A DNA stretch of 63,902 nt, counting the filler, from Chrysochromulina tobinii (taxonomy: Eukaryota): NCBI GenBank assembly GCA_001275005.1. It is 9 parts of 9 records of this genome, joined end to end, with 100 filler letters (N's around TTAATTAATTAA, not from the genome) between each part and the next. Parts side by side here need not be neighbours in the genome. Positions count along the whole stretch, not along the records: positions 24,346 to 28,055 come from JWZX01000580.1; positions 28,156 to 48,475 come from JWZX01000581.1; 7 more parts are not named here. One strand, given 5' to 3'. The notes beneath the pieces are model-generated. The model did no database searches. It was not told the DNA's origin and saw only the letters and a list, made by a program, of their open reading frames with translations. Position numbers and translations under genes: made by a program. Below are positions 24,346 to 34,668 of the stretch, piece after piece. Within the stretch, counting starts at the first letter, position 1. The number at the start of each line of letters is the position of its first letter.

Positions 24346-26719
24346 ATGGCACCGGGCTCGGCGATGGCGGCGATGGCGGCGACGGCGGCGACGGCGGCGG
24401 CCTCGGAGGCATGGGCGGAGGCGGCATGGGCGGTGGACGGGGCGGCGGCGAAGGAGGCGGCGGCGATGGTGGGGGCGACGAAGGCGGTGGCGGCGGCGGA
24501 GGACGTGGCGGCGGCCTCGGCGGGTTCGGCCACCAAAACGGTGGGGGTGAACTGGGGGAAGCCGGTGGCGGCGGATACACAAGACGCGCTTCGCCGCCGC
24601 AGTCGGCGCAGTCGGTGCCCAGACCGCAGGCCGAGTACTCCGAACCAGGGCCGCCATCCTCACAGATGCCGTTGTTGGCGCTAGAACCTTCGGAGTAGAA
24701 GTAGAATCCGGTAGACGAATCGTAGGAACAGGATGCCTGAGCATTACACCACCGATTATCAACCTGTTGGGCCGCGTAGTACATGTACCTGCCGTAGCAC
24801 CCGTCATAGTAACAGGCGGAGCACGTGTTGGTGCACAGGACACCCGTACCCGGTGGGTAGGGGGACGGCGGCGACGGTGGGAAAGGAGATGGCGGCAAGG
24901 GCGGCGGTCTCGGCGGCGAGGGTGGACTCGGGGGCGGCCTCGGCGGGCTCGGCCACCAAAACGGTGGCGGCGAGCTTGGTTGCGGCGAGGGCGGCGGATA
25001 AACGAGGCGGCTCTCGCGGCAGTCGTTGCAGTCGGTGCCACGAGAGCAGCACGAGAACTGCGCCCCGGGGCCGCCGTCGTCGCAGAAGCCGTTGTTCGGG
25101 TTCGAGTAGTAGTAGTAGCCGTACAGCGGGGTGTAGTACGAGCAGTAGCTGTACGTGCACGTGTTCGAGCACAATTCACCCATGCCAGGTGGATAGGGCA
25201 CCGGCGGCGGCGGAGGACGGGGCGAGGGCGGCGGATACACGAGGCGTGGGCCCTGCGCCTCGCAGTCATTGCAGTCGGTGCCGAGAGAGCAGCACGAGAA
25301 CTGCGCCCCGGGGCCGCCGTCGTCGCAGAAGCCGTTGTTCGGGTTCGAGTAGTAGTAGTAGCCGTACAGCGGGGTGTAGTACGAGCAGTAGCTGTACGTG
25401 CACGTGTTCGTGCACAGGACACCCACGCCCGGTGGGTAGGGGGACGGAGGCGGCGGAGGGAAAGGGGGCGGCGGCGGGGGTGGAGACCTTGGCGGCGCAG
25501 GCGGCGATGGCGGTGGACTTGGCGGCGAAGGAGGAGACGGGGGCGGATTGGGTGGGCTCGGCCACCAATCTGGCGGTGGGGGCGGCGGCGGCGGTGGCGG
25601 CGGCGATGGCGGCGATGGGGGCGGCGGCGGCAGCGGCGGAGGCGATGGTGGCGATGGTGGAGGGTCGGGCGGCGATGGAGGCCGGAATACAAGCCGCGGG
25701 ACGCCGCCGCAGTCCTTGCAGTCGGTGCCGCGAGCGCAGCACGAGAACTGCGACCCAGGGCCGCCGTCGTCGCAGATGCCGTTGTTCGCGTTCGAGTAGT
25801 AGTAGCCGTAAGCACTGAAGTAGCCACAGGAACTGTAGCTGCACGTGTTGGTGCACACAACAGACCTGTCAGGTGGATACGGTGGCGGCTTTGGTGGAAG
25901 CGGCGGGGGCGATGGGGATGGCGGCGGCCGAGGTGGCGAAGGCGGCGGTGGCGGACGTGCAGGCGGAGGCGAAGGCGGCAATGGAGGCGATGGCGGACAC
26001 GGTGGAGGCGATGGCGGCGGTGGCGCAAATGGTGAACTCGGTGGCGGTGGCAAAGGCTGGGGCGAGGGCGGCGAAGGCGGTGGCCTAGGCGGCGACGGCG
26101 GCGATGGGGGCGGCTTCGGCGGGCTCGGCCACCAGAATGGTGGCGGCGGTGGCGGAGGAGGCGAGTACACAACACGCGGCCCATACGCGTCGCAGTCGTT
26201 GCAGTCGGTGCCGAGAGAGCAGCACGAGAACTGCGCCCCGGGGCCGCCGTCGTCGCAGAAGCCGTTGTTCGGGTTCGAGTAGTAGTAGTAGCCGTACAGC
26301 GGGGTGTAGTACGAGCAGTAGCTGTACGTGCACGTGTTGGTGCACAAGAAACTCACGCCCGGTGGGTACGGGGACGGCGGCGGTGGGGGCCTCGGCGGTG
26401 AAGGCGGGGGATAGGGCGACGGCGGTATCAGTGGCGGCGGCGAGGGCTCCGGATTTCCGGGGCTCGGCGGCGGCGGCGGAAAGGGTTCCGCCGATGGCGG
26501 CGGGGGCCTCGGCGCCGGCGAAGGTGGCGACGGCGGAGGCCTTGGCGGCGACGGCGGTGATGGTGGCGAGGGCGGACTCTTCGCGGGTGAAGGCGGCGGC
26601 GGCCTCGGCGAGGGCGGCGGCGGCGGCGATGGCTCGGGGCTCGGCGGCGGCGGCGAGACGCCTATTGCACTGGCCACGAAGGCCAGGGCGCAGGCGACGC
26701 GCAAACACGACGACGGCAT
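24346..26719 (-). CDS. Secreted extensin-like Ser-Pro-rich protein with five Cys/Tyr-rich CxNTC...CDDGGPG...GTDCxDC modules (3' truncated)
   Basis: Signal peptide MPSSCLRVACALAFVASAIG. Five modules alternate with SPn linkers carrying WWPSPP. Modules 1, 3 and 4 are almost identical at DNA level. Confidence 0.85.
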
Positions 26720-27109
26720 CGTGACTACCTGATGGCGTCTCAAAATGCAGCGTCGGCGTCCCCGCTCTGCAGCCCACGGCTTTCTAAAGAAGGAGTTTGT
26801 GAAACAAATTTGGAATGTTTCGGAGGCTCCGCAGTGCAAAAGGCGAATTAAATATGGGCCCAGGGGGCAAGGGCTGGGGACCCGCTGTCTCTCTGTCCCA
26901 TACACACACAGGTGAGCGTCTACTCGCCGATCGGCAACCGAGACGGCAACCTCGAGGGCACGCCCGCGTACCTGCCCGGCTCGCCCCATCACCCCGGCGG
27001 CATCCTCAAGGGCGGCAAGGCGGCGGGCGGCTACTACGGCGACGACGACTGGTGCTCGACCAAGCTGCGCCAGACGCTCGAGCACAAGATCGCGACGGCG
27101 GGAAGATGC

Positions 27110-27890
27110 GCGCAATCGTAGGTGTCGCGACTTCACGTAGGCGGCGAGGAAGAGGGCGGTGCGGGTGGCGCTGAATGCCGCCAGCTCGAAGCCGCCCTCG
27201 CGGATGCGAAGGCTGGCGACCCCAGTTAGATCTTCTGAATCACTGCCACAAAAATGACGACAGCCACACTGCAGCAGGGCTCGCCGGAGTGGCACGCAGC
27301 GCGCATCGGGAAGCTCACGGCCTCGAACGTCGGCGCGGCGCTCGGGCTCTGCTCGTGGACGAGCCGCAAGGTCGCGTACGAGCGCGCGATCCACCATCAC
27401 CTCCTCCACCCTCCTCACCGCCATCCAATACCGCTGCGGCGCCTTCCTCACCGGTCACCGCCCTCGCGCCCGTCTGCGAGGCCGAGATGAAGCGCTTGGC
27501 CTCGCGGCGCTTGACGGTGCTGGTAGCCGCGGATGGATTCGTCGCTGACGACGCGCAGGAACTCGCCGGCACCCGTGCTCGACGAGATGACGCGCCGCGG
27601 CGTCGACGTCGGCCAGTCAGACCGGCTCGGTGACACGGCCATCAACGAGGCCAACGCAAGCCGCCCTCGCGGATGCGAAGGCTGGCGACCGAGCGCGACA
27701 GGGCGCGACGCTCGGGCGGGCTGTGCGCCAGGTCGGCGAGTGACGCGAACGACTCCTCGATGCGCGCGCCCACGGCGGCGGCAGCGGCGGCGGTGACGTG
27801 TGGCGTCATCATGCGCATCCAGTGCGCCGGGATGGCGCTGGCGATGACGCGCATGAGGTGCGAGCGCAGCTGGGTGGCGTTGCGCGTGTG
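27110..27890 (-). mobile_element. Probable non-LTR retrotransposon (CRE/R2-like, post-RT region) remnant interrupted by a 436-bp insert with a 33-bp duplication
   Basis: Removing the insert and one repeat copy gives ...LRSHLMRVI..IEESFASL..SVASLRIREGGFELAAFSATRTALFLAAY, resembling the QAxLPxRxGGLGL...AAFLAS motif. The identical 33-mer lies at 27189-27221 and 27658-27690. Confidence 0.5.
27254..27391 (+). pseudogene. N-terminal fragment of a YqaJ/lambda-exonuclease-like viral recombinase
   Basis: MTTATLQQGSPEWHAARIGKLTASNVGAALGLCSWTSRKVAYE matches the QGSxEWxxxRxGxxTAS start of the family. Similarity ends abruptly after ~46 codons. Confidence 0.75.
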
Positions 27891-28055
27891 TCTGTCTGTC
27901 CGGCCAGTCTGTCGTCCCAAATTTGGAGTCAACAGCCTACCGGTTTGAGAGAAAAGAGGCCGTCCGGTTTCCACCTTATCCATTTTGCTCGTCTGCCTCG
28001 CGGAGCCTCGCGCGCCCAGTTCTCGACAAAGTAGACCCGTGGTCGAGCCACAGCT

Positions 28056-28155
28056 NNNNNNNNNNNNNNNNNNNNNNNNNNNNNNNNNNNNNNNNNNNNT
28101 TAATTAATTAANNNNNNNNNNNNNNNNNNNNNNNNNNNNNNNNNNNNNNNNNNNN
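28056..28155. other. Artificial contig-joining spacer
   Basis: N44-TTAATTAATTAA-N44. Confidence 0.98.
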
Positions 28156-29539
28156 CGGGCGGCGGGGCTGCGGGCGGCGGCGGTGGTGGGGCGGGCGATG
28201 GTATAGCGGGCGGTGGCGCGGCGGGCGCATAGGCACCCGTCATCTCCATGCCAACCTCCTCGTCGTCCTGCTCCACTTGCGCCGCCTCTTGCTCCTCCTC
28301 CTCGTCCTCGTCCACCGCATGGCCGAGGGTGGCGGGCGCGACGCTCAGCCGGCGTACCTCAACGGTCGCCTCCTTAAGCCAGCCCGGGGTGCCACCCGAG
28401 GCGGCGCCCGTCGACGCGCCGCCAGCCGACGCGACGCCCACCCTAGCTGAGAGTCGCCCCGGCGTCACGCCGAACTCGTCGCCGTAGCCATTGTCGGTCG
28501 TGAGGGCGGCGGGATCCGGCGTGAAGATGGATGAAGCGGCCGCGGCAGTGTGCATCGAAGGTGCGGCGGCGGCGGGTGTCGCGACCGATGCGGCAGTCCG
28601 GAGGATGCCGCCGACGGCGACCGTCATATCCATCGTCGGCTCATCCTCCTCCAGCGCGACCGCAGCCGCCACCGAGGCGAAGGCGGCCTGCGCGAGCGTG
28701 TTTCCCGCCGAGGCATTGCGGAAGATGCCGCCGACGGCGACCGTCAGGTCCATCGTGTCCTCTGCGACGTCCGCCTCGACGCCCCCGAACGTGCCCGTCG
28801 CCTCCTCGTCGGCGCCCGCGGCCGCCGCGCGAGCCTGCTCCGCACGCACATCCTCTTCGAGCAGCGAACCGAGCGCGGGCACCCACTCGTCGGCTAGCCT
28901 GTCCTCCTCGAGCAAGCCCCCAAGGGTCGGCGTGTGGTCTCCTTGCGGCGTGCCGCCTTCGCCGTAGGCGCTCTCGAACGTCTCGGCGGGCGAGTAGAAG
29001 ACATCGGCGGCTGACGAGGCCACTGAGGGCGTCGGGCTCGTCACGGACGTCGATGCTGGCGGCACGGCGGGGGTGGCGGACGCGGCGGGCACGAAGAGCA
29101 GTGGCGGCAGTGCAGCTGGCGTTGGTGCTGCCGCCACTGGTGCGGATGGGGGAGGCGGTGCCGTCGCAGGTGGCGCGGGTGGCGGTGGCGGAGCCAGATC
29201 CGATGAGCCATTGGCGCACGGGAATGGGTCCTCCTCCTGCATTGCGGCAGCAGCTTCGGCTGCGGCAGCTGGCGAAGTGATCGTGGTGAGCGACGTTCGC
29301 CGCATGTAGCGCAGCGCGGCAGGCGAGGGCTCCGGTGAGTTCCGCGGGATCTCGACCTCAGTAACGTGGCCGAAGGTGACGGACTTGCGCCGCCCGTCAC
29401 CGACCATACCGATGATCGATTTGCGTGGCCGCTTCGGTGGACCCTGATCATTCTCCTTTTCAGGCTCCACCAAAGGCGCCCCGGGCACCTCGCTCGAGGA
29501 CGCCGCCGCGTCGCCCGTGGACCTGCGGGTGGACGGCAT
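28156..29539 (-). CDS. KNL1: KNL1/Spc105-like kinetochore scaffold, N-terminal part (3' truncated)
   Basis: RKSII and RRKSVTFG resemble the SILK/RVSF PP1-docking pair. MELT-type repeats follow in a disordered region: EDTMDLTVAVGGI, EPTMDMTVAVGGI and GMEMT. Confidence 0.7.
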
Positions 29540-29709
29540 TGCACCGACAACCGCAGACGGTACAGTCGCTTTCAAACTTCGCGGGAAGCGCTCGATTCGG
29601 CGCCTTCAAAAAAATCCAGCAAATTTAGGTCGATGGGGTCCGGAGCAGTTCTTTCACAGCATGCGAAGACGCATTTCCGCCGCGTTCCAAGTGGAACTCG
29701 GAGAATCCA

Positions 29710-32064
29710 ATGTTCTCATCGCTCAGCGACGCGCTCGGCCTAAGCACGTCGCCCGCTGGCTATGAGGGTCTGCCGACAGCCGCGCCCGAAGCTCCCGGCG
29801 GCATCGAGGCCGTGGCATTCCTCAAGGAACTCAAGGATCGGTTTCAGCTCCACGTGACTAGCAATACGCACCGCCTGCAGCAGCCGATCCTAGCCATCTC
29901 TGAGACGGTGGACTCGTTCCTCATCGACTCGATCGCTGCGGCGAACAAGCGCTTCACCTCGGTATGGCCCGCCGAGCGCCTCGGCAAAGAGTTCGAGTTC
30001 GAAGGGCCCGAGGCCATCGACGCCTTTATCGCCCTCGTGAGCAAGGCGCGAGAGCTGGACACTAGGCTGCAGAAGCGCTTCGACCAGGTCGTGCCCAAGA
30101 AGGCGACCGAGGGCCGCTTCTGGTGGCGCTACTTTGGCCATGTGCACACGCTGCTCGTGCGCATCGCGCCCACCTCCGACGAGATGCTCGCCGACCTGCT
30201 CGAGAAGCTGCCGGCGGCGCGCCCTCTCGCTGAGCGGCGGTACGCGCCGGCGAGCACGCTGCTGAGCGAAGAGGCGCTGCCCCGTGACAGGGTGCTCCAG
30301 TTCCTCGAGTATGCGTCCACCATACTCAGCGACGAGGAGACGCTGAGCGCGCTGGGCGACGAGGCCATCACGATCGCCTCCGCCGAGATGGCGGCGAAGG
30401 CCGAGGCAGCGGCCAGCGACGCCGAGAAGGCGGCGAGCGCCGAGACCGCCCAGGAGAACGCGAAGCACATGGCCGAGCTCGAGGCGGCGCTCAAGCAAGC
30501 CGTAGACGCCCAGGAATACGCCCAGGCGGGCGAGCTGCAGTCGCAGATCAGGAAGCTCAAGTCGACCATCGAGGCCGCCGCAGCCGAGGCTCCAGCGCCT
30601 GCGCCAGCGCCCATGCCCACCGAGGAGGAGCTGCTGCGCTCGGCCGGCAGATTGTGCATCTTGTACCAGATGGAGCTGCTCGAGCACAAGGGCATTGAGC
30701 GCCTGTGGGGCTGCCAGCAGCTGCACCCGCCCCACCTGATGAAGCGCTTCGTCGACATGAACGGTGACGTGGAAAAGGAGATCCAGGAGAAGCTGCAGGA
30801 GTTCATCAGCGTCTGCCAGCAGGCGCCGGTCGCTGCCATCGCCAAGCTGCGCCAGAAGCCCTCGGACGATGTGACGAAGCGCCGGTACGCGCCGGCGGCC
30901 GAGCTTGGCACGGGCGCCGAGTTGGGCGTACCTCGGCTGCTCGAGATCGTGTGTGGGCTGCGCGAGATGCTCGAGGCGCCCGAGACGGCGCGCGCGGTGC
31001 AGGCGAGCGCCAAGGCCGCCGTCGAGAAGGTGGCGCAGCAGGAGGGCGTGAGTGAGAGCGAGGAGGCGCAGAAGGCATGCATGGACCTCGTGTGCCGCTG
31101 GCAGCGTGAGTACCTCGAGCACGCGGGCGTGCAGCACGACAAAGGCATGCGTCTCATCTGGACCATCCCCGAGGTCCACAAGCTGGAGGGGCCGGAGGAA
31201 AGGGAGCTGCTCCAGGCCTTTGGCAAGCTGCGGCTCGCGATGCAGGCCACGGTGAACAACGCGACGATCGAGGCGACCAAGCCACCTGAGGTTGAGCCGG
31301 AAGCACGTCGCTTCGCACCCGCGAGCGAGCTGCAGACAGAGGGCGAGGTCTCGAGAGCCAAGGTGCTCAAGTTCACACGCGAGGCCGCGAGCCTGCTCCA
31401 CTCGGAAGAGTCCCAACAGCTGCTCGTCAAGGCGGTCGCGAGCGGTGGGAAGTCGGCCCTGGCCACTGTCTCGGTGCAGTGGCAGCGCCAGCTGCTCGAG
31501 CACCACGGCATCCAGATGGACTTTGGGTGCCGCGCGCTCGGCGAGGTGCCGCGCCGCTTCGGCTCCGACAAGGAGGTAATGACCGCCTTCAAAGAGTTCC
31601 AGGTGGCGTGTACCACCTCGATGCAGAAGGCGTGCCAGCGCCACATGATCGACCAGAACAAGCCGCCTGACGTGGCGCCTGAGGCGCGCCGCTTCAAACC
31701 GGCGGCCCACCTGCAGGATGACGGCGATCTCTCCCGCTCCAAGATCCTCAAGTTCACGCGAGAGGCCACCTCTGTCCTGCTCAACGACGAGTCCATCGCG
31801 ATGCTCGCCCGTGTGGGGCGTTCTGCGCCTGGAGGACCCAAGAGCCAGGAGGCCATGCAAGCGATGGGTACGCTCTCGGTGCAGTGGCAGCGCCAGCTGC
31901 TCGAGCATCACGGCATCCAGATGGACTTTGGGTGCCGCGCGCTCGGCGAGACGCCCATGCGCTTCGGCTCGGACACCGAGGTGATGACGGCCTTCGAAGG
32001 CTTCGCACAAACATGCATGATGAGCGTCAAACGGGCCTGCGTGCACGCACTTGTCGACAAGTAA
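29710..32064 (+). CDS. BSD-domain protein with a UVR-like motif and four helical repeats
   Basis: BSD-like LQKRFDQVVPKKATEGRFWWRYF and UVR-like LKQAVDAQEYAQAGELQSQI. Four repeats start RR(Y/F)xPA and contain QxxxLEHxG(I/V). 784 aa, no introns. Confidence 0.75.
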   Translation: MFSSLSDALGLSTSPAGYEGLPTAAPEAPGGIEAVAFLKELKDRFQLHVTSNTHRLQQPILAISETVDSFLIDSIAAANKRFTSVWPAERLGKEFEFEGPEAIDAFIALVSKARELDTRLQKRFDQVVPKKATEGRFWWRYFGHVHTLLVRIAPTSDEMLADLLEKLPAARPLAERRYAPASTLLSEEALPRDRVLQFLEYASTILSDEETLSALGDEAITIASAEMAAKAEAAASDAEKAASAETAQENAKHMAELEAALKQAVDAQEYAQAGELQSQIRKLKSTIEAAAAEAPAPAPAPMPTEEELLRSAGRLCILYQMELLEHKGIERLWGCQQLHPPHLMKRFVDMNGDVEKEIQEKLQEFISVCQQAPVAAIAKLRQKPSDDVTKRRYAPAAELGTGAELGVPRLLEIVCGLREMLEAPETARAVQASAKAAVEKVAQQEGVSESEEAQKACMDLVCRWQREYLEHAGVQHDKGMRLIWTIPEVHKLEGPEERELLQAFGKLRLAMQATVNNATIEATKPPEVEPEARRFAPASELQTEGEVSRAKVLKFTREAASLLHSEESQQLLVKAVASGGKSALATVSVQWQRQLLEHHGIQMDFGCRALGEVPRRFGSDKEVMTAFKEFQVACTTSMQKACQRHMIDQNKPPDVAPEARRFKPAAHLQDDGDLSRSKILKFTREATSVLLNDESIAMLARVGRSAPGGPKSQEAMQAMGTLSVQWQRQLLEHHGIQMDFGCRALGETPMRFGSDTEVMTAFEGFAQTCMMSVKRACVHALVDK

Positions 32065-32819
32065 GAGTGATTCTCACCTGGCGCACTCCGGCGGCGAGCG
32101 AGCTGGCGTAGCAACGCGGAGATGGGTCAGCCATAGGTCAGCCACACCAAATCCCCCACGGTGTCACAGACGCGAGCCACGAGTGCAAACGCGGGTCAAC
32201 CTTTGCTCGATATGTGCCCCCGGTGCCTGCTGTGCTGCGGTTTCCTGCGGTTTCCTGTGGTTTCCTGCTGTTGCTTCCTGCGGGCTGGTTACTCTAGCAG
32301 CGAGGCATTTGTTGTGTGCGGCGTGCGGCCGCGCTGTGTGTTACGTGGCGCGTGTGTCTACAGTGTATGGGTCCCGCGGGTACGGGGTCCGGTCGTTTTG
32401 TGCCACGGTGCCATCGCGCATCGGCGGTACAATTTTGTTCGCTGCAGCGTGGATTTCTATTTCGACATCGGTTCATCGCTCACGTCGGCCCGGGGAAGGG
32501 GACGGTGCGGACGCGCCGCGCCTGCAACCAACGAAGCCTGCAACCACAAACCCATGCACAAACCTGTGCAGACCTTGGGGGGCCTGCAAAGGGCCTGCTC
32601 CTGCTGCACTCCTCTGCCGTCTCAGTGGGATTGTGCCGGGACGCGCCACGCGGGTGACCGATGTGCTATGAGGATGAAGGTGCTTTGACGTCGATTGAGG
32701 AGGTAAACGTGAGGGCATGTTCAAAAAAGGGATTTTCGCGAAACATGTCTGCGACATCGACGCTTCTTTCATGGGCTCTCGGCGGCGGGCGGGCCGCTCC
32801 CCAACCCAGTACCCGTGTG

Positions 32820-34226
32820 ATGACGAAAACCCTCGTGGTCTGGGATTTCGACTGGTGCGCTTGCAGCGCCCACTCTAGGCATGGAGCAGCCCCTTCAGCT
32901 ACGCGTTGTCCTGCGTGAGCACGTGTGCAGGTCGCTTGTGAACGAGAACTCGGACACCTTTGTCATGGACGTGCTGGATCCATCCAAGAAGATATGGGCT
33001 CGAGCCCGGCGCAAGGCTAAGGACCTTGGCTGGACGCAACTCATGGACTGGTGTGTAGGTGAGCGCCGTGACGCCCGCGCATTCATCCGCTGCCGTGCCC
33101 CGAGTGATGCGCCAGATGCTCGCACTTCAGGCCAGCTGCACGACGCCGGACACACCAAGGAGGACATGCGAGCAGCGCTCATCAAAATCCCGGTGCTCCA
33201 GGGCGCGCTTGCCGCGGTGGAGCTGGCGAAGAAGAACGGGGCCGAGCTGCGCTGCCTGAGCGACGCCAACGAGTACTACATCGGTTGGATCCTGGAAGCG
33301 CTTGGTATGCGAGCCACACGGCTGGGCGGTGCCCACCGGCCAACGTCTCGCTGCGCCAGTGTCGCGCCGCCCGCACTTCTCCCCGTGGTAAGCGCATCTC
33401 CTCGGCCTCCGGGTCGCCCCGTATGGATGCAGGGATCGCCGACGCGTTCACCATAGTGGTGACCAACGTCGCCTCCACCGACGACTCCGGACGCGTGCGC
33501 ATCCTCCCTTACCAGCCCTTGGACGTGCCGCACGGGTGCCGATTCTGTCCGGCAAACCTCTGCAAGGTGCCTCTCCGATCGTGCCAGCCACTCGCCTGGA
33601 AGCCCTTCTGCTCTCTCCACGCGCTCCAGCAGCACGCCTTCGCTGTCGTGCCACAGGGGGCCGTGATGGACCGTTGGCTCGCTGAGTTTGGCGACGCGCG
33701 CCCGCGGTGCATCTACGTGGGCGACGGAGAAGGTGCTCGCGCCGCGCGCGCGCGCACCATGCCGTGAGGTGGCCGCATCGCACCGACCTGTGCGAGCGCC
33801 CCGCATCCCTCTCGGCGTGGCTCATCTGTGTGGAAGGCGACTTCTGCACTGATGACCTCTGATGACCTCTGATTACATCCCTCATCTGTGTGGCAGGCGA
33901 CTTCTGCCCGTCCATGCGGCTCGCCTCCACGGACGTGCTCTGTGCGAGGCTGTCGCCGCACGACGGGCTGCTCAGGAAGATTGCCAATCCGCCCGAGGGA
34001 GCCCCGAGGGTGCGAGCAGATCGCGTGACCCCGCGCTCCCTTGCCGCCGCCCTCCGCACGAGGTGCTTGCTTGCTTGATTATGTGCTTGCGTGCTTGCAG
34101 AACGCTGATCGTGGCGGCTGGGCGCATTGCAAACGCCCGCAGGTGTCCGCCCAGATCCACGAATGGTCGGAGGCGGACGACGGCGCTTCATTGGCGGCAG
34201 GTTTCTCGGCGGCTTTCGCCGGGTAA
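32820..34226 (+). CDS. PHOSPHO1/2-type HAD phosphatase; introns 32855..32930, 33059..33130, 33305..33432, 33567..33656, 33733..33896, 34010..34142
   Basis: The spliced product has LVVWDFDWSLVNENSD, LSDANEYYI, CRFCPANLCKG and IYVGDGEGDFCP. All six GT-AG introns restore the frame. Confidence 0.88.
33821..33907 (+). repeat. 27-bp duplication of the acceptor/exon start flanking a 33-nt TGATGACCTC filler
   Basis: CTCATCTGTGTGG(A/C)AGGCGACTTCTGC at 33821-33847 and 33881-33907. The filler is ACTGATGACCTCTGATGACCTCTGATTACATCC. Confidence 0.9.
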
Positions 34227-34668
34227 ACACAACGAGTCAAAACACGGGTCACGGCCCCATGTCTGCTCCGTCCCCAAATGATCCCCAATGTGTGAACTGG
34301 GCTCCTGGAGTCAAGTCAATGCTAACGAGCGAAACAAGACATTTCAAAACCGAGCGATAAACGGATCTCAATCTTGTGGTTACACGCGCTGAGCTCACAC
34401 CACAGCGACTCCACAGCGACATACAGTCACTGTCTCCCAGGTACTTTCAGCTGACTCCGGTGACTGACGATCAGCTTTTGAGTGTACAGCAAAGTGGTAT
34501 GCTTGGCGTGGGCAGTGGTCTCCATCCACACCCCTGCGTCTCGCGGCTCCATAGCGCTGCTGCTTCCTGCTCCTCCGAGAACGACCGCCGCAACACGCCC
34601 TTGGTAACCTCTCCGTTGGAGTGCAGCGCGCGCGAGTTCGTGGGCGAGAGCGGCCGGGGCACCGCTCC

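Noticed and set aside
26720..27451. N-terminal 244 codons of ORF 24290..27451 as part of the surface protein
   Set aside because: A signal peptide starts at 26719. The upstream part is chance read-through across the promoter and the fragment mosaic.
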